64,000 bases of DNA from Lingula anatina (lineage: Eukaryota > Animalia > Brachiopoda): positions 17,984,848 to 18,048,847 of the forward strand of contig CM120643.1 in assembly GCA_051362555.1 (NCBI GenBank). Reading direction: 5' to 3'. Below are positions 53,033 through 64,000 of this stretch, piece after piece. The notes beneath the pieces were generated by a model, which saw only the letters and a program-made list of their open reading frames with translations, did no database searches and was not told the DNA's origin. Within the stretch, counting starts at the first letter, position 1; every line of letters starts with the position of its first letter. Made by a program: the position numbers and the translations under genes.

Positions 53033-54394
53033 GTGTGTATGAGAGAGAGATTTTTAAAGAAGTCAAATTATAGAAAAATATCAACAATTATATTTTAACT
53101 GCTTTTGACATAAGGTTTAGTTCACCGAAAGTTAATAAAAATCTTATTTCTCATTTGTTGGCACTGTTTGCGTTGGAGGGAGGGTGGGGTGGGGTGGGAA
53201 ATGGGTTATACCCCAGCCATGTTCTTCATTTTAAATCTTCATATAAGACGAGAAGCATGTATGGACATTTGAAAATGAAGAAGTTAGCCCGAGTAGACTC
53301 TGAAAATGGTTCTAGGATATAATAGAGGTGCTCAAAATATATTTAAAAAAAAACATGATTTTTTTAAAAGAGAAAAATAAAGCTCAAATCGTGAAAGTGA
53401 TGAATAATATGATCTTAAGATAATAATCATAGCATGTTTTTGAGCTTGGGTCTGTGTAGAGGTTTTGCTGACAGGCCCTAGAAAATTGTTTAAAACGAGA
53501 AGTGAACTGTCCACTTTGTTTTGTCAATCCAAGTAAGATGGTTTGAAAAAGGACAAGTGCATTGGGTATTTCCGAGTTTGGAATTCAGAAGAGTTAAAAG
53601 TCTTCAATGGCGCCACGGAATTTTTTATTGCTTTTTTTCGCGTAGAAATATCACGAGAGTTTCCATTAGTCGGCTGATAATCTCCGTAGAAACATTTTGA
53701 GTTTAAAAGGGATATTGATGTTCACAATACGCCCTTATTGAATCACCCATATCTCTTATTATGATAACATGTACGTGTCTTTTTTTTATCGTAACCTCGA
53801 TGTATTACTCATGGCACAACACGTGCCGCTTTTCAGAAAGTCCGTTAATATACAAATTGCACGCTGTCTTCTGAGTAAACGATTTCTTTGTTAAAACAAC
53901 ACATTTGCACGGTTTTGAAAACCCCATGTTCATTTGTACGCCCAATTAATTATCACAAGCGGTCAGACACCGCATCTAGGTTTTCATCAGTCATATGTTA
54001 TTGCCGGAACAATAAGTGCTTGTCGCGACGGTTTCAGTGACTAGCATTTCATTGTTCGTGGACTTCAACGGAAAGTCAAAGTTATTGATACATTTAATGT
54101 TTGACGTAAATTTGACGTCATTCCGATAAAATTCAATCCCAGATTGTTTGGGTTTATCGACTTTTTACTTTTTAAAACTGGGAAGGCCATAATGGCCATT
54201 AAGAGTATGTATGAACATCCGTGCTCGCCTTTTGTTCGGCTCCATGAAGGTAATAGAGGATGTTTATGTTTTGGAATTGATTGTTTCTAAATTGGTCTTT
54301 TGGTACCCAATCACGCGGTCAAGCCTATGGTCAACTGAACCCGGGTCAGAATTACTAACAGTAATTAGTTTTCATTAAAATTCGGTCATTTATT

Positions 54395-54428
<34 letters not shown>

Positions 54429-55095
54429 CTTCTATATAGGTTCCTGTCTTCTCTAAGTGATATTACCACTCCAAATGAAATCGTATTTTTTATTGAAATC
54501 AACCGCCAAAAGATATGAGGGGAGTTCAGTTGTTTTGAGCAGAACGAAAAAAAATCTGATCAGAAAGCGTATATCCATAGCGCGTTATTGCAATTTGAAC
54601 TTAAATTAATGATAATTGTCTTCATAGAAAATCAAAGATAACGCCAGTAAAATGGTCCAGTGTGTTAGTGCCACCTTACCCCCCCCTCGATATTTTTTAA
54701 TGCCAGTGACTTGAGTCATTTTATCATTGTGATTATTTTCACACGTGCTTCTCACCATCTGAGTCCAAATACTCCACAAAGATCAAAGTTGGCATGAACT
54801 ACAATTTCTCAAGAATAATAAGAAAAAGAAGATAATGAAGAAGATGATTATGATGACGAAGAGAAATAGGGAGAATGTGAAAAAGAAGACATTTTATTCA
54901 AAAAGGGCAAAACACGTCAAATAAAACTTAATTCAGCATGGCCCTCTGAAGGTTAATATAGGGCTAGTGGATATTGAAAAAAAATTGAATTTTAAACTGT
55001 TTGAATCAGAAATCAAAATTTTCATTATAAAACAATATATATATTAATAAACTTACCAGAGATATATAACAATACAGATATATTTACAAATAATC

Positions 55096-55098
<3 letters not shown>

Positions 55099-55137
<39 letters not shown>
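55099..55137. repeat. (CA)n microsatellite
   Basis: Perfect CA run. Confidence 0.95.
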
Positions 55138-55139
<2 letters not shown>

Positions 55140-57072
55140 CAGACGCGCTGAGGTAGGTGGTTTTGATGTCGATATACTTTTATGGAAATCAGGTGGTTCG
55201 ATTTTCTTGTTCACTGTTGATTGATGACAGGCATAATGTTTTTCACCACTGGTGATAGGGGAAACCTCTAACAACATATAATTTATTTGGGTCACGATTT
55301 AGTTAGTAGTCTTTGTCCATGATTGTGCCATTTTTTGTAAGGTGTATGTCGATTAATAAATATGAAAACTAAAATCTATACGCATTACGCGCACGATGCT
55401 GACGTTCCAAGTGCCTCAGTCTATATTTCTCTTTAAAAAAAATTTGAAAAAAAAGGACTTTCATATAGGGCCTTCATTTCTATTACTTATGTCCACAACG
55501 GCATGATCAACGTCAGACGTTTATGTGGCAAAGTAGCTACATTCGCCACTAGATGGCGTGGGCCAAATACTGAGGGCAAGCAACAGGTCCGCAATGACAG
55601 AAATCCCAAAGCTCGTAAAGCACAATTTGTGAAGAAAAAAGGCTTTGAGCAAATCATGGGATAGAAAAGAGCACTCTACAGTTAACATTTTCATGATGTT
55701 AACTTCCGAGTGAACTTTGTCCACAGAATGTCCTATAACATAGACATCCAGAAAAGGGGATGGTCGTAAAACGTGACATCTCACACCTTTTTTGGCAGTC
55801 ACCGTCAGTTTCAATTATTTCAATTGATTTTTGAAAGTTTGTGCACTTCCTTCACGTAGGTTGAGGATTTCCTTCCCTACTGGCTCTTCCTCTAGGAATT
55901 AAAATGATACAATATTTATACATTACGACACCCTCGACTGCAGCGGACGACTAACGGTTACACGTTGTACAGCAGTTTATGAATGAGATATTGATTTGAA
56001 CTGTGAAAATGTCGCCAAGCCAAACGTTTGTGAATGACCAGGCCGGTGTGGTCAATACCGTAACCATGAATGAAAGCCGTAAGAAATGGACGCCGCTTGC
56101 ATTCATCAACCCGTTTTGTTCCGTGTTCGGAATGCGGAATTCCTTGTGTGAAAATCAATAAAAACGTGCTTTTAAAGTTCAGTGTGACCGTGACCGCACG
56201 GTGGATGGGTAAGGATTGAGGATGGGGGACATGATGTTGGATTGGGGGTAAGTTGAGGGTGGGGGGGGGGGGGGGGGAAGAGATTGGACAGATATGTTAA
56301 ACAATCTCGATAATCAAAACACGATAACAGAGGTGATCTTTTTTTCTATCTCTTTTTTTCCTTTTCTTTTTTATTGTTTTTTGTAAAAGGCCCATATTTC
56401 TAATGTATTTCTAATAAAAGGGGCAAAAATATACAAATGACTGTGTTTGTGGTTATTTTTAAGACCTGCTCTTGGTTATTAGCTGAACAAAGGTCCGTTT
56501 TGTAATATAAATTTATGCATGTTATCTTTCGTTCGTAGGCCTATCTACTAAAATTCGAGTCGTTATATAGGCCTATCTTCTCAACAATGGTTAGAATAAT
56601 TCTTTGAACATGTAATATATATTCATTCATAAACTCGGTTAATTGCTATTTGAGACATAAATTTTGGGAAAAAATTCAGAAATATTGTAATGCCTATTAG
56701 GTACTCGCATTAGATATGTAGCATGTAGGTCTACTTGCACACAGCAACGGCCACAATAGATCGTGTTTCACATAACAGAAACCCCGCCCCCTGCTTTTAT
56801 AGACGTCCCCCGTTTCACATGTCACGCTGCACCGTGGGCCATATCGATTCAGTAATAGTTTGCATGGTTTGGAATGCTTTAAAACTGGATCCAGTAGAAG
56901 CTCCTGTTTTGAAAGATGCCTCTCCCCACCCTAAATTTATTAAATTTGTAAGAAGTCAGGCCACTAAATTGTGAAGTATGGTATTTTATAGGTGGCTGGT
57001 GCTTTGCTTGTGAATGGCAGTTTGTATAAATCGGGAAGCAGCTTCTAATGTGTTTTCTGAGGGTAGTAGTTC

Positions 57073-57103
<31 letters not shown>

Positions 57104-60100
57104 ATAATTTAACGCTATCGCCTGTTACTACTGTGTTTGGCTATTTATTCAACTGCAGTGGAGTTTTTCACTTTTGTGAAAGTGATGCGCATTTAGGATA
57201 GGAGTTTGTTGTGACAAAATCAAAAAGGAGCTGGAATCTAAATATTTAAATGTATTTTCCATTCTGGGAAGTGAATCCATTTTCAACTAGGTTGCCAGAA
57301 CCTCCTCCCCATACACTCCCCTCTTCTCAAAGACTGAGGCTGGAACATGATTGATCCACTGGTGTGACCTTGACTTGGTGGAATGTTTGTTCTTTTCTCC
57401 TTTCCTCGCTACCGTCTGGAAAGTTGTTGATTATAAACTTAACGGTTCGCCCCGCGTGTCGCCATGACCTGCGTTCTCACACCCTAGAACAACCACAGGA
57501 TGTTTCTTATAATAAACTTCTTTTGGTGCGTTTGGGGTGTCCGTGTATGAATTTACCTGCACTAAAAACCGTACAAAGTCGAATGGTCAAGAAAGCAAGA
57601 CAGTGGAAATCGTGAACGGCCATTACCACCCAACAAATTTAAGCAGCCTTATGCCATCAAAGATACGACCACGACCTCTATAAAACGACCTTTTAACATA
57701 CCAAAGGTTTTCACCCAACTGCAGCACGTATTTATAATGGGTATAATTAAGTTTTTTTCCTTTTTAAGAAAATCTTTTAACCTGGCAACATTTTTATTAG
57801 TGACATTTTATCGGCAGATCACATTACGAAAATATTCATTTTGACATACTAGTATGAATGAATAAATATGATAAAAATCTATATTATCTACGTTATTTTT
57901 TTAAAACCATCCACCTACGTCCTCCGACTGAACGATTTTTTTAGCATCCGGCCGTGGTCCTGCAGAACACAGAGGGCAAAATATAGGACAGTCGATTTCG
58001 TGACGCACGATTATCGATGATTTTTAGCAGGTACCTTGGCTTCCTGATTGATCCTATTAAAAGTGCCATTTTGTCCACAATTAACGAAAAACTACTGAAC
58101 AAAACATTCGGGTGTCATAGACAGACTTATTGTCATAAACGCTTGAAGTTTGTTTCAAATCATTTCCCGTCAGACAGAGGAATTTACATTAAATTGTCTT
58201 CCATCGACATTTACTCCATCTTATTTCTTATCCCGGGGTTAACTTTACGCATTAACACGTCATAAAATTGTTTATTGCCTGGTGTATCTGTATACTTAAC
58301 AATTGTTGAATATGGTGACATGATATTACAGAGGTGCACATTTTAAAACACTTAAGACCTATTTCCGCGTTCCGCTTGTCGCTATAGTGCACTCCATTGA
58401 TAAAAACAAAGACTGCGGCAATTCAGATACCAGCTTCAAGTTGGTGATGTTTTTATTGACACAGCATATGTTTTTGTATTCCGGGTTTGAGTAAATCGAA
58501 GGTGGACGTGAAACGAACAAAATACAATTTACAAAGCATATACAGTAGGATAGAACGGTTGTTGCGTTGACAGCGGATCTTATGTACTGAATATAAGCCG
58601 TCTTAGTTACAACTTCGGATATAACAAACAAAGAGGTTATTTGTACAACCTGTGATGTTACATTCATCGAGACACTGACTGAAGGAAATGTGTTTGACGA
58701 AGAAGGAGAAAGAAAAAATCTAACACCTAATTAAGATCCCCAAAAATATTCCTTTTCAAAAAAATTACTAGAAGAGGGCACCCCCCTCCCCTTCCGCCCC
58801 TGTCGACTGCAGCCTATTGCCCACCCCTCTAAATAATTACCCACCATTCTTGGGGAAATTGCAAACAAGCTTCCTGGAGTTGGAATTATATTTAAAATAT
58901 TCTTGAAACCTTCCTCGACGAGGCCAATAGTTTCAGTTGATCTGAAAACGCGTAAGCGCTGCACTGTAGAGAAACCAGTTTACTTTTTTTTTAAAAATAA
59001 CACGTTGCGAGGCCCAGTGACTGTCGTCTGCCGTTTGCTGAACCTCATAAGTCATATTTGCCCTAAACGTTCTGGGCCGGTTGACCAACCAGTATTCCAA
59101 TCAGTTTTCTTACCTAGGAACGCCCGCCAAAACTGTGGTCAATGCTTAAAAATACTTTCGCGTTGACTACCAGTATAAGTACATTGTGCCCTCTGGTATC
59201 AGGGACCTCTAACATAGCATACAAAATTCCAATATATAGGCAGGGTCCGATACAATAATTTTGTAACAGATTACAAGCGGACACTGTGTTCGGAGAGTGC
59301 AGTTTTAGTATCTTCGTATTCAGGACAAAGAAAGAGTCTGCAGTTAAGTGACATTGCAGCTCGCCCAAAGGTTGATATTTCAATGTTTACTCCCCAGTAA
59401 ATCATCGTTTCCTGCCTGTTAAAAACACTTAAGAATTAGGCATTAAAAAACACGCAAATGCTGTGAAGAAAATGAGGCAATGAGTGTCACCAGTATTTAG
59501 ACTATGCTGTTGTCACGCGCTCGGATCAACAATAGGCCTACTTCAAAGCAATTCAGAATGAACTGATTTGTTTGTACACAAATTAAACGTAGATTAAAAA
59601 TGACATGTAAACAGTTAGTGTTTCTGCGTACTTTGCATACTTGTGAGCTGCCGTTCCTGTAGCGGTCGTGTCTGGTGACGTAAATGAATTAATACTATGG
59701 TCACATAAACATCTTTTTTTTTTTTTTTTTTTTTTTTGCGTCGTTTCGTTATTTCATTTGCAACAATTCCATTGAAATGAACAAACTATTCCCTTTTTGC
59801 CAGTGTAAAATATTTGGATTAAATAAACTCCAAATATCCCAAAGTAATTACTTTTAGGTCCGCTTAAGTCATATTCCTTGCCGTTATTCCATGATTTGAA
59901 CACTTAGACTGGAAAGTTAGTTGGCCAGCCAATAGGAGCGGTCAAATCGACGCAACCTACCGGTACCTTGTGACCTTGACCGTTACTATCACCGGAAAGC
60001 AAGGCGAGCTCTACTGAGTACTACTCAAACAAGCCAATTCCTTCAAAAAGGACAAGGTCAAATTACATGTAGCTTATTGCCGGCTATAGAGGCCTTCCTA

Positions 60101-60336
60101 TTGGTTAGAGGGTGAAAATATGGTCCACATGGGCAAAGAGCTAAGCTTTTCACTGACGACTTGCACATTTAGTTTGGTTAGCGGTCTTCAATGTTTATTA
60201 CTTTAATTTTTTTTCTACAGATAAAATCTATAAACATAAATTTCACTCGCAGTTATGGAAATGGTTTGAAGCGATATCGAAGTGCAAGTATAGACTAGGT
60301 GAAGACAAAAAAAAATGGGCACAAAAATTATGATGA

Positions 60337-60338
60337 AA

Positions 60339-60373
<35 letters not shown>
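60337..60373. repeat. (AAAT)n microsatellite
   Basis: Perfect AAAT run. Confidence 0.93.
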
Positions 60374-61401
60374 GATTTAGATTAAAAAGTTCGTATACGT
60401 AATCTGCGGCTGTGGTAGAGGATAGACCTTATGTTCTTGAATTTAGGTCCCGGTAAAATTGCCGTGTATGAATTCCTAGAATTGTTTTTGTAAACTGCGT
60501 ATATTTGCCAATATTTTATTAAAACGGATAACTATAGCCTATGTCGCGTCTGCGGTTTGACCGCACTTCATCCTTGATCTGTTTATGGTTTTAATTCAGA
60601 TACAATTTCGGATATTGCATTTGTAGACAGCGGAGACGTATGGAGAAGCGTCGTGCCGGTAAGAATGAAATATATAGCAACCATGACAAGAGATAGTTGG
60701 TTTTACCGGGAGCTCGTGTCACTACTTATTAAAATCAAACAAACAGATGTGCATTGAAAGACAGTTCAAGACAACACAGCATCTAAATACATTACAACGT
60801 CAAAAAGAAAATTATGCTTTTACCAGAATTTTAAACAGTTATGTACTTGGCTTAAATCTTATCTAACAAAAAATTCACATGCAAATAATTTACACAGGTC
60901 TGTAGGTCTATTGAAGTGCTTTTGATAAGTTCTTACTAAACAAACAAACAAAAAATACCACATATAAAAAAGACCACACGAACTATGTCAAAAACACCAA
61001 TTGTCAAAGTGTACAAGTTAAAGGGAACTTTTTTTGCCATATCATACTGCATTAAAAGTTCCACTGATTTTCTATCCAAAACACTACGTAAAACGTAAAG
61101 TAAATTTTCGTCAAGAAAAACACTGTGGTAAGCACCATGCGAAGCAAACTGGGTTGAATAAGTCAACTCCTTGTTGGAAAAGAAATGTTGTGGTGAAGTT
61201 GGAGAAATCATCTCATTAGCAGGATTTTAGAGTCTTTTTGATGGGACGTATATCGATACCTGTAGAGTCAATTAAGGGACTTAAGTTGTTACTTTTAGGT
61301 GCCTGGAGAGCAGAAGTAGAGACGTTTTGGTTTGGTAACACCGAAAACCGCTGTGTTTTGTAATAAACCACTGTCAAGTAGTGTGATTCATTTAAGGTTA
61401 A

Positions 61402-62083
61402 GGATATTGTAACCCTTTATCATCATCCACATCCCGAAATTGATTTTTTTTCCTGTATCTAATTGTTCAGTTATGCATCTATCTATGTGCTGATTTAAAG
61501 CAATAAAAAAAACTCGGAAATATATAATATCGGCGTTTATATTTCTCGTTGCAATGTATAAGCATAGGCAACTCAAAGCTTTAATTGTCAGTTTAACACC
61601 TTTCTATTTTGAGATGAGATAGTAATCAGTACGGGACGTAACTTCATCCCTGAACAAGATTTTGGCACGAAAATTGGCAGAGTTGACCAGGGGTGTATAG
61701 GCTACAATCCTGTGTCGTCATTTTGGTTTTTGTTATGGAGTTATAAGCCCCTGATAACAGATTTTCATTAAACAAAGGCATTATTTTACTTTATCAACGA
61801 TAAAATTTGAACTAAGACTTTTAAGAAAAATAGCTGGCAGTGTTTTGGAGTGTTAAATGGTGACATTAAATCGGCGTTAAAACAGTAATCCTGGCTGCTC
61901 AGGTAAAGAGAAATTTGAGAAATCGATTTTTCAGTTTTAACCCGAAAATCGCAAATTATGACGTCACCCGTAAGATTAAAATGTTAATTATTATAGTCAC
62001 TGTGCACTGAAGATTTATCTTTTATCCAAAAGAAGGCATGTAAGACAGTAAATAAGGTGTTTTGGCGTAGGGTGACAATATCC
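61402..62083. mobile_element. Non-autonomous Kolobok-type element (682 bp)
   Basis: TTAA|GGATATTGTAACCC ... GGGTGACAATATCC|TTAA: 13 of 14 TIR match and TTAA on both flanks. Confidence 0.82.
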
Positions 62084-62357
62084 TTAAACTCATCTAAAGA
62101 ACTGTGTGTTGGTAGATTCAGCGTGTGTAAGATATATAACTACACATATATCTTTATTAGAACTCAACATGGAACAAGGGAAGTTGGCTGTTGACCCTTG
62201 CTGTAGCAAGCCAGTCATGGGGAGATCTTCCTCACACACTTCCTATAATGTTGGTGGGTACAAAATGTGAAGCGGGCTGGGGAGGGGAGGGGAGAGAAGA
62301 TTGTTTGGCTATTTTAATACTTTTCACTCTCTCTATCTCTCTCTGCACCCCTATCCC

Positions 62358-62383
62358 AACACACACACACACACACACACACT

Positions 62384-62430
<47 letters not shown>
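62358..62430. repeat. (CA)n microsatellite, interrupted
   Basis: Long CA run with one interruption. Confidence 0.95.
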
Positions 62431-62432
<2 letters not shown>

Positions 62433-63512
62433 CCGTTACATCAGACTCTCTTGGTATACCATGTTTTAATTTATTACTTTTATTCATTATCATTATTTCG
62501 TTCAGACATTTTCCGTTGAATGTGGAATGTGGTTTATATATATATATGCTGTAGCCGTCTTTCATTAAAGGTAAACAGTAGGGTATGCCGCCGCTCTCCC
62601 TCTGTTTGTCTGAATCACCTTAAAAAGCCCGGCTAAAAGTAGAGTGTAACAGGGTCAATTGCTCTCGAACCTTTGTTTAGTTCCCGTATCCGTAACGATA
62701 AATTTAAGTGACCACTGTTTTATCGACTTTTAAAGTATAGGTCACTCAAGTGCGTGGCGTAGTTGGGCCAAGGCGCAGATTATTTTTGTTTGTGTAGCCT
62801 TTGCTCTAAAGACATCAGGTATCAACTTTGAAAAACAGTTTAACATTTCCAAGGGCATTCAATCACCACAAGACAATGGCTCCAGCAGCTGTTCACTAAT
62901 TTTCCTCCATTGTCTTTCTACCGACTTTTAAACCGAGAAACCAGTCTTGAACAATGGGGAGGAACCACTATTGCTTATCGCTACAACGAAACAGGCAATA
63001 AAACACAAGATTCCTGTAGTGCCCGCCCGCCATTGATGCGACCACAAAAAGCCATTGCCTTTCGTAAATGTTTGCTGTACTTCCAGACTGTGATTCACTG
63101 CCACTTATTTTGAAGGCATAAGGACCACCTATTCCGTCAGCTCCGCTGGCATTATTCGGTTAACTTGAATTGGAAGAGCTTATACTTACGTATTTAACTG
63201 TCTCAAATCACTTTGTCAAATTGGTGCCATCGACTAGAAAATACTCACAAAGAAATCTTAATGCAAACTTGACTCGGAAGTAACACATCTGGAGATCTCG
63301 TTGCCTTTTTCAGATTTATAGGTGCGATCTGTGAGACACTGATACGACGTTCTTCACAGAAAGCCACGGGGCAGTCAAGTGGCGCTAAGAAATTTATCCA
63401 CAGCTAAAGGTAGGTTAAATTTTGTGTATTGTATTGTATTTATTCAAAGAATGTAATTCTTTTGTATAGTTTTGCATTGCATTATACTGTATATATTTAA
63501 TCAAATGGTATT

Positions 63513-63547
<35 letters not shown>

Positions 63548-64000
63548 TTATATATATTATACATATATATGTGAATGTTTCAATATATATATATATTTAG
63601 ATAACCCTATGTATTTTTAAACGTAATAGAACTTGATGGGTACTTTGCATCAGGCGTGTGTAAATAACACATTTTTCTTGGTTGAAATCTAAAACTGAAA
63701 TAACGTTTTTGAACGTCAATGGAATTTTTTAAATATGTTTACCTATTTGTGAACACACTTCATCCCTAACAACAAATGAAAGATAGGATAGGCAAAACCA
63801 CGTAAGAATGGTTTTACCCCTCTTGCAAGTAGGTCGAGTAGTAAAATGCACCGCTCAACACCCTGAAGTCACATTTGACATCATAAGAGATGGTGAATGA
63901 ATTATAAGAGGCTTTATATCTGTTATATCAAACCCAGACACCTGTGTATCCGTTATTATCATTGACATTTTTCAAAGAAGCAGGCGTGTGCATGTAATTA

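Overview
AT-rich eukaryotic, intron-rich genomic DNA from an invertebrate animal. A lophotrochozoan/mollusc origin is inferred from protein similarity and repeat architecture, not proven. Exons were reconstructed by hand from splice sites and reading frames. The window holds seven recognisable spliced genes: DUS2 (-, 3' end runs off the window start), a CHST11-like sulfotransferase (+), a C20orf96/DUF4618-like coiled-coil gene (+), COX4 (-), SYS1 (+), PABPN1 (-) and a GCNT/core-2 GT14 glycosyltransferase (+). There is also a possible orphan gene or pseudogene (-) head-to-head with the C20orf96-like gene. Introns carry a TTAA-flanked Kolobok-type element with a truncated transposase and a convergent spliced second gene, a solo LTR, two Helentron/HINE-like composite elements with internal satellite arrays, several MITEs and a tRNA-derived SINE head. 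The most notable signals are a clear U12-type minor intron, a structured candidate poison exon plus A-rich 3'UTR tracts in PABPN1, a ~90-bp COX4/SYS1 bidirectional promoter with a spliced uORF, a long and divergent COX4, an altered GT14 active-site motif, and TAGGCCTA enrichment outside housekeeping gene bodies. No prokaryote-type system (CRISPR, operon etc.) is present, and I found no demonstrably new multi-gene system. Most short ORFs in the supplied track are spurious.
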